DNA from: Pseudomonadota bacterium
GTDB taxonomy: Bacteria > Pseudomonadota > Gammaproteobacteria > Acidiferrobacterales > UBA6901
Assembly: GCA_021790335.1 (NCBI GenBank)
Contig: JAJYEE010000007.1
Coordinates: 1,255 to 65,254, forward strand
DNA length: 64,000 nt
Direction of reading: 5' to 3'
Program-made: the position numbers and the translations under genes
Notes under the pieces: generated by a model
What the model was told of the DNA's origin: nothing
Seen by the model: the letters and a program-made list of their open reading frames with translations, nothing else
Database searches by the model: none
Shown here: piece by piece, positions 20,435 through 28,129 of the stretch
How the letters are laid out: every line of letters starts with the position of its first letter
Numbering within the stretch: the stretch's first letter is position 1

Positions 20435-21196
20435 ATGCCCCAATCAATGACCGCACCGAATCCTTATCAACCCGCTTCCGATCTGCTCGCTGGCCGCGTT
20501 GTACTTGTCACAGGAGCGGGCGATGGCCTCGGCCGGGCGGCCGCCCGCGCCTACGCAAAGCACGGTGCCAGCGTCATTCTTCTGGGGCGCACGGTTTCCA
20601 AGCTGGAAAGCGTCTACGACGAGATCCTCGCCGACGGCGGACCACAGCCGGCAATCACGCCCCTGGATCTGGCGCGGGCGACGTCCAAGGAATACGACGG
20701 CCTCGGAGCCGCGATCGACAAGGAGTTCGGCAAGCTCGATGGCATCCTGCACAGTGCGGCCGAGCTTGGCACGCTGACGCCGCTTGAGCTCTACGAGCCG
20801 GAACTGTGGACGCGGGTGATGCAGGTCAATTTCAATGCAGCATTTGTCATCACACGCCTGTGCATCGACCTGCTCAAACGTTCGAGCGATGCATCGGTGA
20901 TATTCAGCTCTTCCGACGTGGCGCGCCACGCTCGCGCCTACTGGGGCGCCTACGCAGCCGCGGGTGGCGCGCTCGAACGCCTCATGGAGATCTGGGCGGA
21001 CGAACTCGAAAACAGCACCCACATCCGGTTCAATAGTCTGGACCCGGGTGCAGTGGCGACCGCGCTGCGTGCCCGCGCCTACCCCGGCGAGGTTGCGGAC
21101 CAGCATCCGCGCCCCGAAGAGGTCATGGCGCCCTATCTTTATCTGATGGGCCCGGACAGCCGCGGCACCACCGGGCGGGCTTTCAGCACTCGCTGA
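20435..21196 (+). CDS. Short-chain dehydrogenase/reductase, YciK-like
   Basis: The Rossmann motif VTGAGDGLG follows the ATG at 20435 (MPQSMTAPNPY...). The SDR catalytic region includes YWGAYAAAGGAL. The track start at 20390 adds 15 unsupported residues. Confidence 0.85.
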   Translation: MPQSMTAPNPYQPASDLLAGRVVLVTGAGDGLGRAAARAYAKHGASVILLGRTVSKLESVYDEILADGGPQPAITPLDLARATSKEYDGLGAAIDKEFGKLDGILHSAAELGTLTPLELYEPELWTRVMQVNFNAAFVITRLCIDLLKRSSDASVIFSSSDVARHARAYWGAYAAAGGALERLMEIWADELENSTHIRFNSLDPGAVATALRARAYPGEVADQHPRPEEVMAPYLYLMGPDSRGTTGRAFSTR

Positions 21197-21208
21197 CAGG
21201 GGTAGCCG

Positions 21209-22051
21209 TCAGCGGAAATAGTACACGCCGCGGATCGCGTAGACATTGCGGTGGCTCTGCGGCTGCACGAAAAGGCCCACTGGCGTCCCGGCGACGGTCA
21301 ACAGCTGGGCATTGGACTGGCCGAACCGAAAGCTGTCGTAGTCTAGTATCAGGCCAAAATGATCCTGCGTGCTGGGCCCGAATTCCACGGTGATCCGGGC
21401 AAATCCGGACAACTCCCTTCCCGGTGAAAGACTCAGGCCATCGCCGAGATTCGCGTGTTCATACGTGTACAAGGGATATTTCCCGCCCGCCTTGATGCGA
21501 TACGACCACGATCCGAACTCCTGAAAGAACCCTGCACCCAATTTTGCATACAGGACATAGTACTGCTCGATGTAGCCGTAGGCCGGCGTCCCGTTGGCGG
21601 CCAATGCGTCCTGAATGGACCGGCTCCAGTACTCCCAGCCACCTCCGCCGAACAGGTCGATCCCGTGTGGCCACCGGGCAAAGCGATAGCCGCCCAGCCC
21701 CTCCAACTGCAGTCCGGAGTAATCAGACTTAGTCGTCAGCGGAATGCCGCTCTGGGTCTGGCCATCATAGTTCAGGGTTCCAAGATACACCTGGCCGCCC
21801 GCCTGATAGATAGGTCCGCTGTCGATGCGCCGGAAATTACTGACACCGGCACCGAACGTGAGCAGCGGCCCGGATTCCTTGTCCAGAATGCTGTCCGTGC
21901 TGGAGAATTCCTTCCAATCGTATTGCTCCAACCCGGCCTGCACGTAAGTCTGCCGCGGACCGTAATTCCAGGGTTCATGCGCCTGCACTCCAGGGCTGGT
22001 GCCGGCGATAGCCACTGCGAAACCCAAGGTCCGCAAACCTGCCTTGTTCAT
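21209..22051 (-). CDS. Putative outer-membrane beta-barrel protein (family not recognised)
   Basis: 280 aa with a Sec signal peptide (MNKAGLRTLGFAVAIAGTSPGVQA/HE). It shows alternating aromatic/Gly-rich beta-strand patterning and an aromatic-rich C-terminus (IRGVYYFR). Confidence 0.6.
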   Translation of the reverse strand: MNKAGLRTLGFAVAIAGTSPGVQAHEPWNYGPRQTYVQAGLEQYDWKEFSSTDSILDKESGPLLTFGAGVSNFRRIDSGPIYQAGGQVYLGTLNYDGQTQSGIPLTTKSDYSGLQLEGLGGYRFARWPHGIDLFGGGGWEYWSRSIQDALAANGTPAYGYIEQYYVLYAKLGAGFFQEFGSWSYRIKAGGKYPLYTYEHANLGDGLSLSPGRELSGFARITVEFGPSTQDHFGLILDYDSFRFGQSNAQLLTVAGTPVGLFVQPQSHRNVYAIRGVYYFR

Positions 22052-22265
22052 TGCCCCCCCGCTTTTTTTGACTCATCACAAGGTAGCCGCTCGCACCGCC
22101 ACGCGCAACGCAGAACACATCGACCCATACGCGCACCGGCCGCCGGCCAGTCATGTTCGTGGCGCATCCGAATCCGCCACAAAAAGTAGCGATTCCCCGC
22201 GATGGACAGCACCCCACCTTGGCCATATGGACCCGGCCTGGCAGATGTGCAAACATTTCCCGGTC

Positions 22266-23252
22266 ATGGAGAACGCATTGATCGATTCGTTCAGCCGCCG
22301 CATCGAGTACCTGCGGGTCTCGGTAACCGACCGCTGCGAGCTGCGCTGCTCATACTGCATCCCCAAGGGCTTCACCGGATTCGAGGAGCCCGGACACTGG
22401 CTTACCTTTGACGAAATAGAGCGCGTGGTGCGCGCCTTCACGCAGATCGGCGTGCGGCACGTGCGCCTGACCGGTGGCGAACCGCTGTCGCGCGGCAAGC
22501 TGCCGGACCTGGCGACACGCCTGGTACGTCTCGCAGGGCTGCGCGATCTGTCGATCAGCACGAACGGCACGCGCCTGCGCAGACTCGCCCTGCCGCTGCG
22601 GCGCGCCGGTGTCGCCCGCCTCAACGTCAGCCTCGATTCACTGAATCCCGAACGCTTCGCCGAGATTACCGGCGGTGGCCGGCTTGAACAGGTCCTGGAC
22701 GGACTGATGGCCGCCAAGGAGGCGGGATTTGAACCGGTCAAAATCAACATGGTGGCGATGAAGGGCATGAACGACGGCGAGATCGGCGACATGGTCGATT
22801 TTTGCATCCGCCATGATTTCACCCTGCGGCTTATCGAAACGATGCCCATGGGCGCCACCGGTCGCGACGCCACGGAACGATACCTGAACCTGCAGGAGGT
22901 GAAGCGCGCCCTGCAGTCCAGATACGAGCTGATTCCCACGATGATGGCAGGCGGCGGACCGGCGCGCTATGTGCGGGTAGGCGGAACGAATCTGCGGATC
23001 GGCTTCATCACGCCCATTTCCCAGCATTTCTGCGCCACCTGCAACCGCGTGCGACTGGCGGTGGACGGGACGATCTACACATGTCTCGGTCAGGAGCACA
23101 AGCTGGAGTTGCGCCCGCTGCTGAGGTCGGGGGCATGTGACGAGCAACTGAAGGAAGCGATCTGCCGGGCCATCTTGCTCAAGCCGGAAAGGCACGAGTT
23201 CACCACTCAGCCGGCGAAGATCGTGCGTTTCATGTCGGCAACGGGCGGCTGA
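22266..23252 (+). CDS. moaA: GTP 3',8-cyclase (molybdenum cofactor biosynthesis protein A, radical SAM)
   Basis: Homology begins at the ATG at 22266 (MENALIDSFSRRIEYLRVSVTDRCELRCSYC, a CxxxCxxC radical-SAM motif). A C-terminal second-cluster motif CATCNRVRL is present. The track ORF from 21999 is an antisense-overlap extension. Confidence 0.92.
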   Translation: MENALIDSFSRRIEYLRVSVTDRCELRCSYCIPKGFTGFEEPGHWLTFDEIERVVRAFTQIGVRHVRLTGGEPLSRGKLPDLATRLVRLAGLRDLSISTNGTRLRRLALPLRRAGVARLNVSLDSLNPERFAEITGGGRLEQVLDGLMAAKEAGFEPVKINMVAMKGMNDGEIGDMVDFCIRHDFTLRLIETMPMGATGRDATERYLNLQEVKRALQSRYELIPTMMAGGGPARYVRVGGTNLRIGFITPISQHFCATCNRVRLAVDGTIYTCLGQEHKLELRPLLRSGACDEQLKEAICRAILLKPERHEFTTQPAKIVRFMSATGG

Positions 23253-23269
23253 GCCCCCGGCCGGCGCAG

Positions 23270-23737
23270 CTAGGGGCGGGCCAATGCCGCGATCAGACGG
23301 TCTTCCAGCTCGATGCGCACGGCGATCTGCTCACCCAGATGGGACAGCTCCTGCGGCAGGTTCTCGAGCATCGGACGGTGGTCGTCGCGATCGTACCGGT
23401 CGTTGAAATCGAGCGCTGCGTCCGTGGTCCGGGCGATAGCCGGGTAGAGCTGCTCGGCCAGGCTGGCGACATCGCGCCGCCGCTCGGTGCCATCAATGAT
23501 GCGCTCGTACAGGGCGAAATGGCCGGCGGAAATATAGTCGACCAGAATCTGGCAGAACTCCTCGAGCAATTCCCTCACCGGCCGAATCTCCGAGGGGTAG
23601 GATTCGATGCCTGCCAGACGGCAGAACAACACCAGCATCTCGATTCTTTCAGCAACGAGTTTCTGAGTCAGCTCACGGCTGCGCGCGCGGCGCTCGGCCG
23701 ACTTTTCCTGCGAGGTCGTCTCGTTCACCGTGATCAT
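23270..23737 (-). CDS. rsd: Rsd/AlgQ-family regulator of sigma-70 (anti-sigma D)
   Basis: 155 aa. The central region matches the Rsd signature (FCQILVDYISAGHFALYERII versus E. coli FCQSLVDYLSAGHFSIYERIL). Confidence 0.8.
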   Translation of the reverse strand: MITVNETTSQEKSAERRARSRELTQKLVAERIEMLVLFCRLAGIESYPSEIRPVRELLEEFCQILVDYISAGHFALYERIIDGTERRRDVASLAEQLYPAIARTTDAALDFNDRYDRDDHRPMLENLPQELSHLGEQIAVRIELEDRLIAALARP

Positions 23738-23817
23738 GCACTCGCCTCCCCTTATTCCGTTATCCGCAATTCCTGTCGAAAAAGCGGTCGTGCGTAGTTC
23801 TGCAATGATTCTTGTCC

Positions 23818-23840
23818 CCTGATAAATCGTATATATCAGG
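23818..23840. promoter_or_regulatory. Inverted repeat CCTGATA-N9-TATCAGG in the rsd upstream region
   Basis: Read from the sequence. It lies 80-100 nt upstream of the rsd start, in a locally AT-richer stretch. Function unknown. Confidence 0.2.
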
Positions 23841-23998
23841 TCCCTTCGATCAATTCAACCGGCAATCCGCGCCAGCGTCGACACATCGCAGGCGGGTGAC
23901 TTCCCCCAGGCAGATCCGGTGATCTGCGACCGGCAGAGGCATCGCGATCCGGAGTTCGGCACCATACCCTTCGGGATCGCGGCGGCTTGAATCCGCGA

Positions 23999-24016
23999 AA
24001 CGGCCCTCGGGCCGTT
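23999..24016 (-). terminator. Short GC hairpin abutting the ffh stop codon
   Basis: AACGGCCC / GGGCCGTT form 8-nt complementary arms around a 2-nt centre, giving an effective 6-bp stem with a 4-nt loop. No U-tract follows on the minus strand, so this is weak. Confidence 0.25.
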
Positions 24017-25371
24017 CAGAACGGAAGCCCCGGCAGCTTTCCCCTCATGTCCCGCATCATCTTGCCAATTCCCCCTTTGCCAAGACGCTTCATCATCTTC
24101 TGCATCTCGCCGAACTGCTTCAGCAGCCGGTTGATTTCCTGCACCTGCGTACCCGAACCGGCAGAAATCCGGCGCTTGCGCGAACCGCGGATGATGTCGG
24201 GAAACCGCCGTTCCTGAGGCGTCATGGAATTTATGATCGCAATGAGACGCCGCGTCTGCCTGTCGTCCATTTGGGCCTTGGCAGCCTCGGGGATGCCAGC
24301 CGTTCCCGGAAGCTTGTCCATGAGACTTGCAATACCGCCCATCTTTTCCATCTGCTGCAGCTGGTCGCGGAAGTCCTCCAGGTCGAAGCCCTTGCCCTTG
24401 GTGATCTTCTGTGCCAGCTTGCGTGCCTGTTCCTGGTCCACCGACTGCTGGGCCTGCTCGACGAGGCTAAGCACATCGCCCATACCCAGAATGCGCGAAG
24501 CCATGCGATCCGGATAGAACGGCTCGAGCGCCTCGGTCTTCTCGCCGACCCCGAGGAACTTGATAGGCTTGCCGGTGACACGCCGCACGGACAGCGCTGC
24601 ACCGCCGCGCGCATCGCCATCGGCCTTGGTCAGGATCACGCCGGTCAGGGGCAGCGCCTCGTTGAAGCTCTGGGCCGTGTTGACGGCATCCTGTCCGGTC
24701 ATGCTGTCGACGATGAACAGCGTTTCTATCGGATCGACCGCGGCGTGGATCGCACGGATCTCGTCCATCATCTCGCGGTCGACATGCAGGCGTCCGGCGC
24801 TGTCGATGATGACCGCATCTGAACCCGATCTGCGTGCCTGCTCCACGGCCGCACGCGCGATGTCAACCGGCTTCTGCTGCGCCGTGCTTGGAAAGAACGC
24901 AGCGCCGACCGTGCCTGCAAGCACCTTGAGCTGCTCGATGGCTGCTGGCCGATAGACATCGGCGCTCGCAACCATCACCGACTTGTGCTCGCGCTCACGC
25001 AGGAAACGCGCGAGCTTCGCGACCGTGGTGGTTTTTCCGGAGCCCTGCAGTCCCGCAATCAGGATCACCGCCGGCGGCCGCGTCGCCAGATGAAGACGGT
25101 CGTTCGCCTCCCCCATGAGCGCCACCAGCGCGTCGTACACGACCTTGATCACGGCCTGGCCGGGAGTCAGGCTGGTGAGAACCTCCTTGCCGACCGCACG
25201 CGAACGCACGTCCTCGATAAAGGACTTTACCACCGGCAGAGCCACGTCTGCCTCGAGCAACGCCATGCGCACTTCGCGCAGGGCCTCGCCGATGTTCTCC
25301 TCGGTCAACCGCCCCTCGCCGCGCAGTTTCTTCAGAACCTGCTGCAGCCGCTGGCTCAGATTATCGAACAT
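24016..25371 (-). CDS. ffh: Signal recognition particle protein Ffh
   Basis: 451 aa with an N domain and a G domain (GLQGSGKTTTVAKLA, DSAGRLH, TKADGDARGGAALS), plus a Met-rich M domain (KMMKRLGKGGIGKMMRDM). Confidence 0.97.
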   Translation of the reverse strand: MFDNLSQRLQQVLKKLRGEGRLTEENIGEALREVRMALLEADVALPVVKSFIEDVRSRAVGKEVLTSLTPGQAVIKVVYDALVALMGEANDRLHLATRPPAVILIAGLQGSGKTTTVAKLARFLREREHKSVMVASADVYRPAAIEQLKVLAGTVGAAFFPSTAQQKPVDIARAAVEQARRSGSDAVIIDSAGRLHVDREMMDEIRAIHAAVDPIETLFIVDSMTGQDAVNTAQSFNEALPLTGVILTKADGDARGGAALSVRRVTGKPIKFLGVGEKTEALEPFYPDRMASRILGMGDVLSLVEQAQQSVDQEQARKLAQKITKGKGFDLEDFRDQLQQMEKMGGIASLMDKLPGTAGIPEAAKAQMDDRQTRRLIAIINSMTPQERRFPDIIRGSRKRRISAGSGTQVQEINRLLKQFGEMQKMMKRLGKGGIGKMMRDMRGKLPGLPF

Positions 25372-25663
25372 GCTCTGCTACCTGTTTGTCGATCGATTGC
25401 ACCGCATCGGCCGCCCGGATTTGTCTTGGCCGGCATGGCGTCTGCGACGGTCTTCCTGCGAAATACGCCCGAATAATGCCAGCAAAGCGCCCGGCGCGCA
25501 CGGACGCCACGATGCACGACGCGGTTCCCGGCACCTGCCCGGCAGCGGGTTTTCGCGTCCGCCGCAGCGCACAAACCGCCGGTGTTTGCTGCCGTCCTCT
25601 TCATTGGCGGCGTAAGCTGTGCCATCATTCGGCCTAAATAATTACATTATGACCAATTAAACA

Positions 25664-26467
25664 ATGAATTTGCTAGCGGCTGTGCTGTATCTGTGCGTCG
25701 GCGCTCTGCTGTGGCTCGGCCTGGGCCGTCCCGAGTCGGCCCGCGGCCCGGCCCGCCTCGGCATCTACGCACTGGCGGTTGGGGCGGTCGCGGCGCATGC
25801 CGCTGTCCTGTACACCGGCATGCTGCACGAGGGAGGCCTGAATGTCGGCCTGGCCAACGCCATCTCGCTGATCGCCTGGGCGATCGCAGTGCTGTTTCTG
25901 ATCGCCAGCATCACCCGCCCAATCGAAAGCCTCGGCATCCTTATCATGCCGGTGGCGGCGGCGACCGTTTTGATCGATTGGCTGACGCCGCGCGGCCACC
26001 TTCTCATCGTCACGGTCACGCCCCTGCAATCGGTGCATATCGTGATTTCGTTGATCGCCTACAGTCTTCTCAGCATCGCCGTGGTCCAGAGCCTGATGCT
26101 TGCCTGTGTCGAGAGCCATCTTCGTCATCGCCGCCAGCCGAGCCGGTTCCTGCGCGCCCTGCCGCCGCTAGAGACCATGGAAAATCTCATGTTTCAGATG
26201 ATCACGCTCGGCTTCATACTGCTCACGCTGACCGTGATCAGCGGCGTATTCTTTTCGGAGCAGCTGTTCAACAAGCCGCTGGAATTCACTGATCATATAG
26301 TATTGTCGATAATTGCCTGGGTAGTGTTTGCCGTGCTGCTCGCCGGACGCTGGCGCTTCGGCTGGCGTGGCCGCACCGCGATCCGCTGGACGTTGGGCGG
26401 ATTCACGCTTCTTGCCTTCGCCTATTTCGGCAGCAAATTCGCGCTGGAAATCCTCCTGCGCCGCTGA
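25664..26467 (+). CDS. Cytochrome c assembly family inner-membrane protein (YpjD/CcsA-like)
   Basis: 267 aa, polytopic membrane protein, divergent from ffh as in many gamma- and beta-proteobacteria. Confidence 0.75.
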   Translation: MNLLAAVLYLCVGALLWLGLGRPESARGPARLGIYALAVGAVAAHAAVLYTGMLHEGGLNVGLANAISLIAWAIAVLFLIASITRPIESLGILIMPVAAATVLIDWLTPRGHLLIVTVTPLQSVHIVISLIAYSLLSIAVVQSLMLACVESHLRHRRQPSRFLRALPPLETMENLMFQMITLGFILLTLTVISGVFFSEQLFNKPLEFTDHIVLSIIAWVVFAVLLAGRWRFGWRGRTAIRWTLGGFTLLAFAYFGSKFALEILLRR

Positions 26468-26563
26468 GCAGGCATCGCAGCTGCATCATGGGCTGGCGTT
26501 GCGTTCTGGCCCGCCGGCTGGCGTATTGAAGCCAGCGGGCCGCAGAAAATCCGAGACGATCAA

Positions 26564-27847
26564 TTGGACGATCCCCATACTGGCGTATTGCTTGCGGTTC
26601 TGGTGTTCCTGATCCTCCTCTCGGCGTTTTTTTCCGCCGCGGAGATCGGGATGATGACCCTGAACCGCTACCGGCTGCGCCACCTCGCCAGCTCTGGCCA
26701 CCGCGCGGCACGCATCGCGGCGCGGCTGCTCGATCGCCCGGACCGCCTGTTGGGCGTGATACTGCTGGGGAACAATTTCGCCAATATCGCGGCCTCTTCC
26801 GTGGCCACACTTCTGGCTCTGAACCTGTACGGCACACCGGCCATCGGCATCGCTACCGGCCTGCTAACCCTGGTGGTGCTGGTCTTTGCCGAGGTGGCCC
26901 CCAAGACCGTTGCAGCACTCTATCCTGAGCGCGTCGCGTTTCCGGTTGCCTACGTGCTCGGCTTCCTGCTGAAACTGCTGTCGCCGCTGGTATGGCTGGT
27001 GAATATCATGGCCAACGGACTGCTGCGGACTCTCGGCATCACGATCCACGGCAAGACCGCCGACCAGATCAGCACCGAGGAGCTGCGCACGGTGGTTCGG
27101 GAAGCGGGTACGTTCATGCCGCAAAGCCACCAGCAGATGCTGCTCGCTGTCCTTGACCTGGAGAATATGACGGTGGAGGATGTGATGGTCCCGCGCGGCG
27201 AGATCGAAATGATCGATCTCGATTCCGACTGGGAACACATCCTGGCAAGCTTCACCACCAGCCACTATTCGCGCCTGCCGGTCTGCCACGGCAGCCTGGA
27301 CAACATCGTGGGCATCGTGCATGTGCGCAAGGTTTTGCTCCTGATGCGCTCTGGGGAGTTCGTGCGTGAAAACCTGGAGAAGATTCTGGAGACACCATAT
27401 TTCGTGCCGGAAGGAACCCCGCTCGGAAGACAGCTGCTGAACTTCCGCGAAGCACAGCGGCGCATCGCCCTGGTGGTCGACGAGTACGGGGATCTCGTGG
27501 GGCTCGTATCGCTGCACGAGATCCTGGAAGAGATCGTCGGCGAGTTCGCGGCCCCGGCACCGGGTGTCATCGATGAGGTCCAGCCCCAGGACGACGGCAG
27601 CTATATGGTCAGCGGCAGCATTACCCTGCGCGACCTCAATCGGCGGCTCGAATGGGATTTGCCTACCACCGGCCCCAAAACCCTCAACGGACTCATCACC
27701 GAGTACCTCGAGGACATCCCCCAGCCGGGCACCAGTCTGGCCCTGGAGGGCTACCAGGTGGAGATCGTGCGTACGCGCGGCACTGCCGTGCAGCTGGCGC
27801 GCATACGTCCGAAGGCGCCAAAGGCCGCTGCCGGCGCCGGGGATTGA
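26564..27847 (+). CDS. HlyC/CorC-family (CNNM) transporter: DUF21 membrane domain, CBS pair and CorC_HlyC domain
   Basis: 427 aa with an N-terminal DUF21 motif (FFSAAEIGMMTLNRYRL), a CBS region (TVEDVMVPRGEI...) and a C-terminal transporter-associated domain. Confidence 0.85.
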   Translation: MDDPHTGVLLAVLVFLILLSAFFSAAEIGMMTLNRYRLRHLASSGHRAARIAARLLDRPDRLLGVILLGNNFANIAASSVATLLALNLYGTPAIGIATGLLTLVVLVFAEVAPKTVAALYPERVAFPVAYVLGFLLKLLSPLVWLVNIMANGLLRTLGITIHGKTADQISTEELRTVVREAGTFMPQSHQQMLLAVLDLENMTVEDVMVPRGEIEMIDLDSDWEHILASFTTSHYSRLPVCHGSLDNIVGIVHVRKVLLLMRSGEFVRENLEKILETPYFVPEGTPLGRQLLNFREAQRRIALVVDEYGDLVGLVSLHEILEEIVGEFAAPAPGVIDEVQPQDDGSYMVSGSITLRDLNRRLEWDLPTTGPKTLNGLITEYLEDIPQPGTSLALEGYQVEIVRTRGTAVQLARIRPKAPKAAAGAGD

Positions 27848-28014
27848 ACCGCGCTGCGCTTCGTCTTGCGGCGTCCGGCAGCACGCGGTTGCCGCACCAC
27901 TTCGATTCGGGCTGCCCCGGGCGCATTGCACGGCTGTCGCAGATCACTCTTGAATTTTCGACGCCAGCGTCTTAGCATCCGTTCCGCTGGCAGGAGTCTG
28001 CCTGACAGGACACA

Positions 28015-28033
28015 CTGGCCAATGTGTGGCCAG
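28015..28033. promoter_or_regulatory. Inverted repeat CTGGCCA-N5-TGGCCAG upstream of the hyf-like operon
   Basis: Read from the sequence. The perfect 7-bp arms lie about 97 nt upstream of the TTG start at 28130. It is a candidate operator only. Confidence 0.2.
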
Positions 28034-28129
28034 GCGGCGGAATCCACATCACGAAAAAGAACGAGGCAGTTACGGTTCATCCCTGTCCCCATTTGTGCAC
28101 TGCCCGGTCTGCGTTGAGGACGCGCTGAG

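Noticed and set aside
22052-22265. Looked for a molybdenum-cofactor (Moco) riboswitch in the moaA leader.
   Set aside because: I could not recognise the conserved Moco-motif helices by eye. A covariance-model scan would be needed, so no feature is reported.
21999-22265. Long N-terminal extensions in the ORF track. Cases: moaA from 21999, mtnA to 12392, rmuC from 17483, hyfC-like from 29953, hyfG-like from 33086, treY to 49174, rfbA to 55973, tsaB to 37939.
   Set aside because: The extensions overlap neighbouring genes and are Arg/Pro/His-rich non-homologous sequence. Internal start codons coincide with the canonical N-termini of the respective families and often give 4-nt stop/start overlaps.
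27988-28001. Sigma-54-like element TGGCAG-N5-TGC upstream of the Ehr operon.
   Set aside because: The GG-to-GC spacing is one nucleotide shorter than the canonical TGGCAC-N5-TTGC, and the -12 element lacks the TT. No enhancer-binding protein gene is nearby.
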